Shown here: positions 17,650 through 26,615 of the stretch, one piece after another
Layout: each line of letters opens with the position of its first letter
How positions within the stretch are numbered: the first letter of the stretch is position 1
NCBI GenBank assembly: GCA_949295785.1
Contig: CASFMJ010000110.1
Location: 1,313 to 65,312, forward strand
Source of the DNA: an uncultured Bacillota bacterium
GTDB taxonomy: Bacteria; Bacillota; Clostridia; Peptostreptococcales; Anaerovoracaceae
DNA length: 64,000 bases
Reading direction: 5' to 3'
Made by a program: the position numbers and the translations under genes
Notes under the pieces: model-generated
The model's database searches: none
What the model was told of the DNA's origin: nothing
What the model saw: only the letters and a program-made list of their open reading frames with translations

Positions 17650-18492
17650 ATGCAAAAGACAGGAAAAGTAATGCTGCCCCAGGGGAAAAAAATAGCTCTC
17701 AATCTGGGATTTGACTTCGATTCATCCTCTGTATGGATGGAATCTTTCGGAAAGACCTCGCCTGTTTATACTTCAAGAGGTGAATATGGCGCAGAAGTAG
17801 GAGTGCCGCGGATTCTGGATCTTCTTGATAAATACGATATTAAATCCACTTTCTTTGTACCGGGTCACACTATAGATACATATCCTGAAGTATGCCGGGA
17901 GATAGTGGCAAGGGGACATGAGATAGCCCACCACGGTTATGTGCATGAAGATCCGACAGATCTGCCCGTGCAAGAGGAAGAAGCTATTTTGGTTAAAGGA
18001 CTGGAAGCTCTTGACAGAATAGGTGTCAAACCTGTTGGATACAGATCTCCGGGATTTGATTTCAGTCCAAACACCATGGATCTTTTGATGAAATATGATA
18101 TCAAATATGACAGCAGTCTGATGGGACAGGATTTTTATCCTTATTGTCCGGCTCCATGCAAGGTGAATTTTGATAAGGGCAATGAATTTGGAGAACCTGT
18201 CGATCTGGTGGAAATGCCGGTATCTTGGTATATGGATGATTTTCCTCATTCGGAGTTCATCATGACAAGAACAGGGATGAAACCGCAGAGCCAGATATTT
18301 GAAATATGGATCGCTACATTTGACTACGGAATAGCAAACACTGAAAACGGAATGCTGAATGTAGCAATGCATCCGCAGGTCATAGGCAGACCTCATAATA
18401 TCATGATGCTGGAAAAATTTATAAATCATGTTCTTGAATCGGGAGCATGGATTGCCCCCTTCGCGGAAATATATAAAAATATAAAATTTTAA
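17650..18492 (+). CDS. polysaccharide-deacetylase (NodB)/PuuE-like fold hydrolase
   Basis: 280 aa with RBS AGGAGG. It contains LNLGFDFD, STFFVPG and HEIAHHGYVHE, which are NodB-type Asp and His metal motifs. Confidence 0.78.
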   Translation: MQKTGKVMLPQGKKIALNLGFDFDSSSVWMESFGKTSPVYTSRGEYGAEVGVPRILDLLDKYDIKSTFFVPGHTIDTYPEVCREIVARGHEIAHHGYVHEDPTDLPVQEEEAILVKGLEALDRIGVKPVGYRSPGFDFSPNTMDLLMKYDIKYDSSLMGQDFYPYCPAPCKVNFDKGNEFGEPVDLVEMPVSWYMDDFPHSEFIMTRTGMKPQSQIFEIWIATFDYGIANTENGMLNVAMHPQVIGRPHNIMMLEKFINHVLESGAWIAPFAEIYKNIKF

Positions 18493-18542
18493 TGGCAGAG
18501 GAAAGAGGCTTTATAAGCCTCTTTCCTAATGAGGAGGTTGGC

Positions 18543-20135
18543 ATGGACAGGATATATTATAACGGCACAGTTTGTTCACTTGACAGAGAAAACAGACGAT
18601 ATACCGCAATAGGTACAGACAATGGAAAAATAAAATTTCTCGGATCAGATGAAGAAGCATTAACTTATGATGCTGCAGAAAAAATCGATCTGAAAGGCAA
18701 GGTTGTACTGCCCGGCTTTGTAGACTCCCATCTGCACATGCTGAATTATGCGTTTGTGAAAATGTCTTACGGTATGTTTGGTGCTTCGTCTATCAAAGAG
18801 ATAATACATAAAGGCAGATATATTGACCAAAACACGGCAGACCCTGAGCAGTGGATATATGGAAGAGGGTGGAATGAGGAGAACTTTACTGATGAAAAAA
18901 GACCCTTGACCAGATTTGATCTTGATAAAATATCTGTGGAAAGACCTATACTGTTCATACGTGTCTGCGGCCATAAGGCAGCTGTCAATTCCAAGGCCAT
19001 GGCCATAATCATGGGACTTGAGCAGACAAAAGACTATATTGATCAGATAGATGCAGAAAACGGTATACTGACGGAAGCATCCATAAAATTGTGCTATAAT
19101 ATAATGAAAGAACCATCCGTGGAAGAAATCAAAGAAATGATACTTACGGCGCAGAAAGATATAAACGCTGCAGGAATAACAGGTGTAGAGACAGATAATT
19201 TTCTTTCACTTCCGGGAAGAAACAGTGAAAGGATAATGAAAGCATATCGGCAGCTGGAAGAAGAAGGAAAACTTACGTTAAGGATACGTGAACAGGCGTC
19301 TTTTACTGAATTTAGTCATATGAAAGATTTCATTGACAAGGGGTACAGAACCGGCCAGGGGGGAGAGTACTACACTATAGGCCCTGTAAAACTTTATGAG
19401 GATGGATCTCTGGGAGCAAGAACAGCTCTTATGAATGCGCCTTATGTAAATAGCAGTGAACATGGAACGACTGTACACAATCAGGATGAAACCAATAATC
19501 TGGTAGATTATGCATATAAAAACAACATGCAGATACTTATCCACGCAATAGGTGACAGAGCTTCGGATATGGTTTGCGCAGCTTATGAAAAAGCCATAGA
19601 AAAATATGGTATGAAAGATCATCGTCTTGCTGTAAACCACCTTCAGATTGTCAGTGAAAATCTTTTCGACAGAATGAAGAAGTATGGAATACTGGCATAT
19701 ATACAACCTGTGTTTGTAGCATCAGATAAAGAGCTGGTGACAGATCTGGTAGGTGTAGAGGCGGCCGGCCGCTCGTATATGTGGAAGACTATGATAGATA
19801 AAGGTCTTGTATGCTGCGGCGGGTCTGATTCGCCCGTAGAAAGTTTTGATGTGCTGGAGAATATACAGGTTGCGGTTACAAGAGACAAGCCGGGGGAAAA
19901 AACACAAGGCTGGCATCCTGATCAGAAGCTTTCAATCCTTGAGGCAGTCAGACTGTTTACGGTTAACAATGCTTTCTGTGCATTCGCAGAAGAAAGGCGC
20001 GGCACGATTGAGAATGGAAAGGATGCAGATCTTACGGTCCTTGAAAAAGATATATTTGATACAGATCCACATGAAATATCAAAAATAAAAATATGCATGA
20101 CAATAGTGGCGGGAAGAGAGGTCTATAGAGGATAA
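18543..20135 (+). CDS. Amidohydro_3 (YtcJ-like) metal-dependent amidohydrolase
   Basis: The start is preferred at the ATG at 18543, after GAGGAGG; the track start at 18492 is also possible. It has the HxH motif FVDSHLHM and GGSDSPVE near the C-terminus. Confidence 0.8.
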   Translation: MDRIYYNGTVCSLDRENRRYTAIGTDNGKIKFLGSDEEALTYDAAEKIDLKGKVVLPGFVDSHLHMLNYAFVKMSYGMFGASSIKEIIHKGRYIDQNTADPEQWIYGRGWNEENFTDEKRPLTRFDLDKISVERPILFIRVCGHKAAVNSKAMAIIMGLEQTKDYIDQIDAENGILTEASIKLCYNIMKEPSVEEIKEMILTAQKDINAAGITGVETDNFLSLPGRNSERIMKAYRQLEEEGKLTLRIREQASFTEFSHMKDFIDKGYRTGQGGEYYTIGPVKLYEDGSLGARTALMNAPYVNSSEHGTTVHNQDETNNLVDYAYKNNMQILIHAIGDRASDMVCAAYEKAIEKYGMKDHRLAVNHLQIVSENLFDRMKKYGILAYIQPVFVASDKELVTDLVGVEAAGRSYMWKTMIDKGLVCCGGSDSPVESFDVLENIQVAVTRDKPGEKTQGWHPDQKLSILEAVRLFTVNNAFCAFAEERRGTIENGKDADLTVLEKDIFDTDPHEISKIKICMTIVAGREVYRG

Positions 20136-20136
20136 A

Positions 20137-21237
20137 ATGAAGAAAAAATTCAGTATAGGAGTTATCCCGGGAGACGGGGTAGGTCCTGAAGTAACAGCAG
20201 AAGGAGTGAGGGCTCTTAAAACTATAGCAGAAGTAGACGGCAGCGTTGATTTTGACTTTACATACTATCCGTGGGGATGCGATTATTATCTGAAAAATGG
20301 GATAATGATGGACGAAGATGGCCTTAAGAAGCTGGCAGTCCATGATGCCATACTTTTAGGGGCCGTAGGCGATCCGAGAGTGCCGGATCATATATCGTTA
20401 TGGAACCTTCTTTTAAAGATAAGAAAAGGTTTTGACCAGTATATAAACCTTCGACCGGTAAAGCTGCTGAAAGGTGCGCCATGTCCCCTTACGCAGACTG
20501 ACAGAAGTCAGATAGATATGATTTTTGTACGCGAAAACAGTGAGGGAGAATATTCCGGTAAAGGAAGATGGACCGGAAAAAACACCGACGGCGAAATGGC
20601 CGTTCAGGAGGATATTTTCACAAGAAAAGGATGCGAAAGAGTAATGCGGTATGCTTACATGCTGGCCCGCGAAAAAGGAAAGTCGCTGACAAGTGTGACA
20701 AAAAGTAATGCTATAAATTATTCTATGGTGTTCTGGGATAAGATATTTAATGAGCTGAAAAAAGAATTTCCCCAGGTAGAAACACATTCCTGCCTGGTAG
20801 ATGCTGCGGCCATGTATATGATAAAAGAACCGGAAAGGTTTCAGGTTGTTGTCACGTCAAATCTTTTTGGGGACATTCTTACGGATCTGGGAGCTGCCAT
20901 AGCGGGAGGAATGGGACTTGCCGCAGGGGCAAATATCAATCCGGAAAAGAAATATCCGTCTATGTTTGAACCTATCCACGGATCTGCACCGGATATCGCA
21001 GGTAAAAATATTGCAGACCCGCTTGCCACAATATGGGCAGTAAGTCAGATGCTTGAACATCTGGGCTTAAGAGATTGGGCCAGATTGCTGATAGATATAA
21101 TAGAAGAAGTACTGTATGAAAAGCAGGCGATTACTCCTGACCTGGGTGGTACCGCTAAAACTTCGGAAACAGGAGAACGGGTAGCTGAAAAAATACGAAT
21201 GAAATTTGCGGGAGGAAAAGAAAATGCCCTTGGCTAA
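20137..21237 (+). CDS. tartrate dehydrogenase/decarboxylase or D-malate dehydrogenase-like enzyme (isopropylmalate/isocitrate DH family)
   Basis: 366 aa. It contains IPGDGVGPEV, FVRENSEGEYSG, NLFGDILTDLGA and GSAPDIAGKNIANP-like blocks. Confidence 0.85.
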   Translation: MKKKFSIGVIPGDGVGPEVTAEGVRALKTIAEVDGSVDFDFTYYPWGCDYYLKNGIMMDEDGLKKLAVHDAILLGAVGDPRVPDHISLWNLLLKIRKGFDQYINLRPVKLLKGAPCPLTQTDRSQIDMIFVRENSEGEYSGKGRWTGKNTDGEMAVQEDIFTRKGCERVMRYAYMLAREKGKSLTSVTKSNAINYSMVFWDKIFNELKKEFPQVETHSCLVDAAAMYMIKEPERFQVVVTSNLFGDILTDLGAAIAGGMGLAAGANINPEKKYPSMFEPIHGSAPDIAGKNIADPLATIWAVSQMLEHLGLRDWARLLIDIIEEVLYEKQAITPDLGGTAKTSETGERVAEKIRMKFAGGKENALG

Positions 21238-22630
21238 GTTCGATCTGATCGGCATAATCCTCAATCCGTTTGTTCTCATGTTTGCGACCATAATAACAGG
21301 ACTTTTATTTGGAAAAATAAGGTTCGGAAAATTCAGTTTCGGAAGCTCGGGAGCCTTATTTACCGGACTTATAATAGGGTGGGCCGCATACAGATTTGCA
21401 CAGGTTATATACACGGGTGAGGGCCCGTCAGGAATGGATGCTGCGGTGCAGATAATAGAAGAAAACGGAGGCAAAGTAATAAACTCATATTTCTTTACTA
21501 CTGCACTCATAATTTTTGTAGCTGCTGTAGGACTGCTGGCTGCTAAGGACCTTGGTGTCGTGATAAAGAAATACGGGGTAAGGTTTATAATTCTGGCAAT
21601 GCTCATAACCTTTGTAGGCGCAGGAGCTACATATGCATGCACAGCATTTTGCAAGGATACCAATTCCTATGCAGTGACAGGTGTATATACGGGAGCAATG
21701 ACCAGCTCTCCAGGACTTGCCTCGGCTCTTGAAACGGCCGGAAACCATGCTTCAGAAATATCAGCTCAATATGAGACTCTAAGTGAATCTGAAAAGGAAA
21801 ATATTCTTGATGTGCTGAGGCTTAATGAAAAATATGAGGGTCTTACGGTCGAAAATACAGAAAGTCTTACTGAAGAGATGAGGAAGGATTATATTAATCA
21901 GGCTACAGCCCAGGTAGGAATAGGTTCTGCAGTGGGCTATCCGTTTGGCGTGATAATTGTCATACTTGCAGTAAACTTTCTCAATGTTATTTTTAAGTTT
22001 GATGTTGAAGAAGAGAAAAACAGATATATACAGGACATGCAGGCAGCCAGAAGTGTGGCCGGCAGCAGAACTGTCCCCTCTGAGGGTTTCAGTATCATAT
22101 CATTTGCCATAGTCTGCCTGGCAGGCTATGTTATAGGCTCAGTAAAACTTTATATGGGGCCTCTGGGATATATAAGCCTTGAGGCTACAGGAGGTGTACT
22201 CATAAGCGCACTCGTATTGGGATATATTGGAAAAATCGGCCCGCTCTCGTTCAGGCCTGATCCCGGGATCATGGGAGTGATAAGGGAACTGGCATTGAGC
22301 TTTTTCCTGGCTGTTGTAGGACTTAATTATGGATATGGAGCAGTTGATGCTGTTATAGGTTCAGGACTGGTGCTGGCACTTGTGAGTCTTATCGTGGGAT
22401 TCATTGCGGTAATGGTCGGGTTTATTGTCGGCAGGTATGTTTTTAAATTAAACTGGATAATACTATCAGGTGCCATATGCGGAGGAATGACATCGACCCC
22501 TGGCCTGGGAGCCGCTACCGAGGCCGTCGGAAGTGATGATCCGGGAGCCGGGTATGGAGCTACTTATCCATTTGCCTTGATGGGTATGGTTATTTTTTCT
22601 ATAATACTTAATAAACTGCCGCTTTTGTGA
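21224..22630 (+). CDS. AAE-family (YidE/YbjL, aspartate:alanine-exchanger-type) transporter
   Basis: Starts at the ATG at 21224, after GGAGG, and overlaps the upstream gene by 14 nt. Two homologous membrane halves (GALFTGL... and GGVLISAL...) are joined by a short acidic linker. Confidence 0.72.
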   Translation: MPLAKFDLIGIILNPFVLMFATIITGLLFGKIRFGKFSFGSSGALFTGLIIGWAAYRFAQVIYTGEGPSGMDAAVQIIEENGGKVINSYFFTTALIIFVAAVGLLAAKDLGVVIKKYGVRFIILAMLITFVGAGATYACTAFCKDTNSYAVTGVYTGAMTSSPGLASALETAGNHASEISAQYETLSESEKENILDVLRLNEKYEGLTVENTESLTEEMRKDYINQATAQVGIGSAVGYPFGVIIVILAVNFLNVIFKFDVEEEKNRYIQDMQAARSVAGSRTVPSEGFSIISFAIVCLAGYVIGSVKLYMGPLGYISLEATGGVLISALVLGYIGKIGPLSFRPDPGIMGVIRELALSFFLAVVGLNYGYGAVDAVIGSGLVLALVSLIVGFIAVMVGFIVGRYVFKLNWIILSGAICGGMTSTPGLGAATEAVGSDDPGAGYGATYPFALMGMVIFSIILNKLPLL

Positions 22631-22736
22631 AAGAGATAAAAAAGATATTTTTTGACAAATTCTCATTTAATCATCACTGAAACTACAAAAAACTGCAAGA
22701 ATTCTGCTATGAAATCATTGAAAAATAGCCATTTCT

Positions 22737-22765
22737 TTGACTTTTTGAGCCTCCTGTGGTAAAAT
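22737..22765 (+). promoter_or_regulatory. sigma-A-type promoter candidate
   Basis: TTGACT, a 17-nt spacer, then TAAAAT with an upstream TGn extended -10. It lies 29 nt upstream of the 22794 start. Confidence 0.5.
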
Positions 22766-22793
22766 AATACGGTCACATAGAAAAGGAGGATTT

Positions 22794-23897
22794 ATGGTAG
22801 ATAAACCAAAAGGCAAGACCGAGATCCTTATGGAAAGACTTTTAGGATGGTGCAGTCATCTGGCTGGCAAAGTCGACAAAAAAACTGAAGGGCACAGATG
22901 CGCTGTCAAAAACTTCAGAAAGTGTCATCCTAGGATCTCAAGAACCATTGTGGTTTCAGTCATGACAGTCGTCCTGGGAGCAGTGATTGTGGGATTTACC
23001 GCGCCGAAGACAGTGACGGTAAATATAGATGATACCAGTGGTATAACAACCACCCAATATGAGACGACAAGCATGAGAGTGGACACCTTTTTAGAGAACC
23101 ACCAAATTGACTATGTATATGGACAGGATATAATCGATGTCCAGCTATATGATGTGATTTCCGATGGTATGGAAATAAATATCAGTAAAGCGGTACAGAT
23201 TCCTGTAACAGCTGACGGTAAGACGCAGATAATAACCACTCTGCCCGTGACGGTAGAGGAACTTCTCGACGAGCTTGAAATAGAAGTCGGTGAAGATGAT
23301 ATAGTAGAACCTGCCGAAGATCATGTTTTGCAGAAAGGTGACAAGTTGTTTGTCAGAAGAGTGACTACCGGAGTTGTTGTCGAGGAAGAAGTTACTGATT
23401 TCACTCAAAAATATGTAGCAGACTACAGCATGACCATAGGTAAAAAAGAAGTTGTGCAGGAAGGAACTTCCGGCAAAGTAAAGAACACTTATGATGTTGT
23501 TTATATAGACGGGGTGGAATCAACAAGAACCCTAAAGGAAACTGAAGTCCTTGCAGAAAAGCAAGACAGGATTACAGCCTATGGAATGAATATTTCATCA
23601 GGAATTCCTGAAGGACTGACGTATAAAACAAAAATAAGCGGAGTAAGGGCAGTGTCTTACCACTTCCAAGGTACTCCAAAAGGTGCTTACGGACTGCCGT
23701 GCACATATGGAACATGTGCAGTTGACAAAGATGTTATACCTTTGGGCTCCCTATTGTATATAGAGGGGTATGGATATGCCATAGCTAATGATGTAGGAAG
23801 TGCCATAAAGGGAAACGTTGTGGATCTTTACATGGAAGATTCAAAGCAATGCAGTGCATGGGGTGCAAGAACCGTAAATGTGTATGTAATAAGTTGA
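22794..23897 (+). CDS. YabE-like cell-wall protein (DUF348 / G5 / 3D domains)
   Basis: 367 aa with an N-terminal TM segment. It has a G5-like block (KKEVVQEGTSGKVKNTYDVVYIDG) and a C-terminal 3D domain (GTCAVDKDVIPLGS...DVGSAIKGNVVDLYM). Confidence 0.8.
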   Translation: MVDKPKGKTEILMERLLGWCSHLAGKVDKKTEGHRCAVKNFRKCHPRISRTIVVSVMTVVLGAVIVGFTAPKTVTVNIDDTSGITTTQYETTSMRVDTFLENHQIDYVYGQDIIDVQLYDVISDGMEINISKAVQIPVTADGKTQIITTLPVTVEELLDELEIEVGEDDIVEPAEDHVLQKGDKLFVRRVTTGVVVEEEVTDFTQKYVADYSMTIGKKEVVQEGTSGKVKNTYDVVYIDGVESTRTLKETEVLAEKQDRITAYGMNISSGIPEGLTYKTKISGVRAVSYHFQGTPKGAYGLPCTYGTCAVDKDVIPLGSLLYIEGYGYAIANDVGSAIKGNVVDLYMEDSKQCSAWGARTVNVYVIS

Positions 23898-23946
23898 TTT
23901 GTGTCTGAGAAAAATTTTTTATAGACTGAAATATATCGCAATGGTT

Positions 23947-23987
23947 AGACCCCTGTCTCCTGATATAAGAGACAGGGGTCTTTATTT
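23947..23987. terminator. bidirectional terminator
   Basis: Perfect 13-bp stem AGACCCCTGTCTC / GAGACAGGGGTCT followed by TTTATTT. It lies between convergent genes. Confidence 0.85.
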
Positions 23988-24042
23988 AGAAAGATCTTTT
24001 TAATATAACCTGCTTTTAATTAAATAAGATTTTTGTACCTTT

Positions 24043-25269
24043 TCATTTCCTCAGATGTTTTTCTATAAGATCCATAAAAACCGGAATGTATTCTTTCTTG
24101 GGAAATATAGCTCTGGCCAAAGTCTTGTTTCCTCCCCCTCGGCCTTGATAAATTGAAGCATTTTCTTTTACAAGTCTGCCGCAGTCTATTGATCCTGAAG
24201 AACATAGAAACACTGTATTTGTCGGGTTATGAACGAGAAAAGCCAGGACAGGAATGTCCTTTTCCGCCTCACGGCCTATGGACGTCAGATCATCAGGTGA
24301 AAGTATATCATAGTATTTTATAGGGATAACCGATGAAGGATTGCTTTCTATTGCAGATATAAGATCCGCTGCCTCCCTTCTGATTATTTCCTTTTTCAGC
24401 AGATAAAGCTGTGTACGTGCGGTTCTGTTTTTCTCCTGCTGAGAACGGAATTTTTCTGTCACATCATCTTCGCCTGCAGACAGATTTACAGCAAGAGACA
24501 TGAGCGTATCGTAGTGCTGTGAAGCTTTTTGAAAAGCTCTTTTACCTGATTCAAAATAGATACGGAACATGCCTTTATTGGGCTCTACTTTATATATCTT
24601 AATCATGCCAACCTGCCCTGCAGTAGAAGGATGAGTTCCGCAGCATGCAACACAATCTGAGGGCTTATCGGGGGAACCGACACAAACTATTGTAATATCC
24701 TTTTTTATAGTAAGAGCTTTCCTGAGAGGAAGACCCATGGCTTGGCTGCTGTCATCAAAATGCCGGCTTATGACAGGAAGATCCTGCCATATAACTTTGT
24801 TGGCTTCAAGTTCGGCGTGCTTGGCCATCTGCCAGGTTATTTCAGTATAAGACGGATCATTCTCAAGGCTTATGTCAATTGTCATGTAATTGTCACCCAT
24901 ATGAAAACCTCGGTTGACACCACCGAATTCCCGATGGAAAATCCCGCTGAGTATATGTTCTCCACAGTGTCGCTGCATATTATCAAATCTTCGATCCCAG
25001 TCAATTTTTAACGTTACTGTATCGCCTGCTTTGATGTCTTCTCTGCTGCATTTTATATGGTGCCAGATATTGTCATCGCGCTCGTGGACATCATCTACAA
25101 CAAATCCGTCTATAGTTCCTGTATCACAACTCTGTCCTCCGCCTTCAGGAAAGAAAAGAGTACGATCTAAGGTAATAAGAAGACTGTCATCTTTTTCGAT
25201 AACAGAAGAAACTGTGGCCTGCGTCTGACACATATATACATCCTCTTTAAAAAGTCGTATGGTATTCAT
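24043..25269 (-). CDS. alaX: alanyl-tRNA editing protein AlaX-L (AlaRS editing domain + DHHA1)
   Basis: 408 aa. The zinc/editing motifs are HCGEH and CCGTH. The C-terminal DHHA1-like block is GRGGG. Confidence 0.82.
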   Translation of the reverse strand: MNTIRLFKEDVYMCQTQATVSSVIEKDDSLLITLDRTLFFPEGGGQSCDTGTIDGFVVDDVHERDDNIWHHIKCSREDIKAGDTVTLKIDWDRRFDNMQRHCGEHILSGIFHREFGGVNRGFHMGDNYMTIDISLENDPSYTEITWQMAKHAELEANKVIWQDLPVISRHFDDSSQAMGLPLRKALTIKKDITIVCVGSPDKPSDCVACCGTHPSTAGQVGMIKIYKVEPNKGMFRIYFESGKRAFQKASQHYDTLMSLAVNLSAGEDDVTEKFRSQQEKNRTARTQLYLLKKEIIRREAADLISAIESNPSSVIPIKYYDILSPDDLTSIGREAEKDIPVLAFLVHNPTNTVFLCSSGSIDCGRLVKENASIYQGRGGGNKTLARAIFPKKEYIPVFMDLIEKHLRK

Positions 25270-25515
25270 AAGAAAACTCCTTTTTTTTTGTAATATAATT
25301 ATAGCATACTTTGATAAAGGTTAAAATGAGGCAATAATTTAATAATTCAAATGAGAAAAAAGGCTGCAGATGTGAGTTTTTTAAGCGTTTAAGGTATTTT
25401 TTTCTTACATGCCGCGCTCATTTTATTACAGGCTGCATACAGAATTTGAGATGACATGTGTAATACTGTACAAGCAATTTCACGTATGCTAAAAAGAAGG
25501 AAAGGGGTATCATAC

Positions 25516-26313
25516 ATGAAAAAAAACCTGATAACAGCAGCAATGTTGTTTATTTTGAGCGCTGTATTCTCTACAGCAGTGTTTTCTTATCCACAGGTAC
25601 AAAGGGGAGGGGAGCAGCAATCAGCTCGTTCTGCTGAGGCAAATGCAACAGGGGAAACCGTGATAGTGGTGGATGCAGGTCATGGGGGAGTAGATGCAGG
25701 GGCATCAGCAAAGGACGGAACATCAGAAAAAGATATAAACCTTGCTATTGCGTTAAAGTTAAAAGAAAAGGCCGAAAAATACGGTGTACATGTGGTTATG
25801 ACAAGAGAGGGCGACAGTGAACTCTTAGAGGGATACGACGGGAGCGGTGGAAGAAAGAGATACGATATGGAAAACAGAAAACGTATCATAGAAGAAAACA
25901 ATCCTGTGCTGACTGTTTCCATACATCTTAACAGTTATCCGGCAGATGCATTAATATACGGTGCTCAGGTTTTTTATCCGAATGAAGACAATACAGAAAA
26001 AGAAGTGGAGCATACATCAATATCTTCTGCTGATTTTGCGCGAAGTGTTCAGAATGCCATAGAAAAAGCCATACCTGACGGTGAGGAAAAAGAAGCTGCT
26101 GCCAAAGGAGACATATTTCTTTTCAGGGAAATAAAGAGCCCTATAATATTGGTGGAATGTGGTTTTTTATCCAACTCATCTGAGTGTGAAAAACTTAAAG
26201 ATCCGGAGTATCAGAATAAGATGGCTTCAGCCATATGGGAAGGAATAAATGGAATTTTATGTATTCCTGAAAATGGAAAACCAAGAATAGTTGACAGCGC
26301 GAACAAAGCATAA
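25516..26313 (+). CDS. cwlD: N-acetylmuramoyl-L-alanine amidase, CwlD-like
   Basis: Starts at the ATG at 25516, after AAAGGGG. It has a signal/TM segment and the Amidase_3 blocks VVDAGHGGVDAGA, SIHLNS and ECGFLSN. Confidence 0.7.
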   Translation: MKKNLITAAMLFILSAVFSTAVFSYPQVQRGGEQQSARSAEANATGETVIVVDAGHGGVDAGASAKDGTSEKDINLAIALKLKEKAEKYGVHVVMTREGDSELLEGYDGSGGRKRYDMENRKRIIEENNPVLTVSIHLNSYPADALIYGAQVFYPNEDNTEKEVEHTSISSADFARSVQNAIEKAIPDGEEKEAAAKGDIFLFREIKSPIILVECGFLSNSSECEKLKDPEYQNKMASAIWEGINGILCIPENGKPRIVDSANKA

Positions 26314-26330
26314 TTATCAACAAAAAAATC

Positions 26331-26463
26331 TGTGGATAACTTTCTGTTGACAAATTGGGGATGACGCTATATACATTGAAAAAAAGCCAATATTGCAATT
26401 TTGAGTTTTCCACAGGTACCTAAGGATAAAATTGTATACGATTTATGGCAAGGCTGTGGATAA
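26331..26463. promoter_or_regulatory. DnaA-box cluster (two perfect boxes and one 8/9 box)
   Basis: TGTGGATAA at 26331-26339 and at 26455-26463 is the complement of TTATCCACA. TTTTCCACA at 26406-26414 has one mismatch. All three lie in one 302-nt intergenic region. Confidence 0.5.
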
Positions 26464-26532
26464 AAGCTGAAAACATTGGAAAATAAAGAAGATTTTGATG
26501 TTGAAAAATGTTTGCGTATATGCGAACAACGG

Positions 26533-26560
26533 TTGACATAATACGACAAAATGTTACAAT
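26533..26560 (+). promoter_or_regulatory. sigma-A-type promoter candidate
   Basis: TTGACA, a 16-nt spacer, then TACAAT preceded by TGT (extended -10). It lies ~55 nt upstream of the 26616 start. Confidence 0.5.
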
Positions 26561-26615
26561 ATATTTAAATTGATTTTGTAAATAGAAAGTTGTTAAAAAA
26601 GAGGGAGGTAAAAAA

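Noticed and set aside
25430-25445. Sigma-E-like -10 (CATACAGA) upstream of the cwlD-like gene
   Set aside because: It is a single partial hexamer match in an AT-rich spacer with no convincing -35 partner. It is too weak to report.
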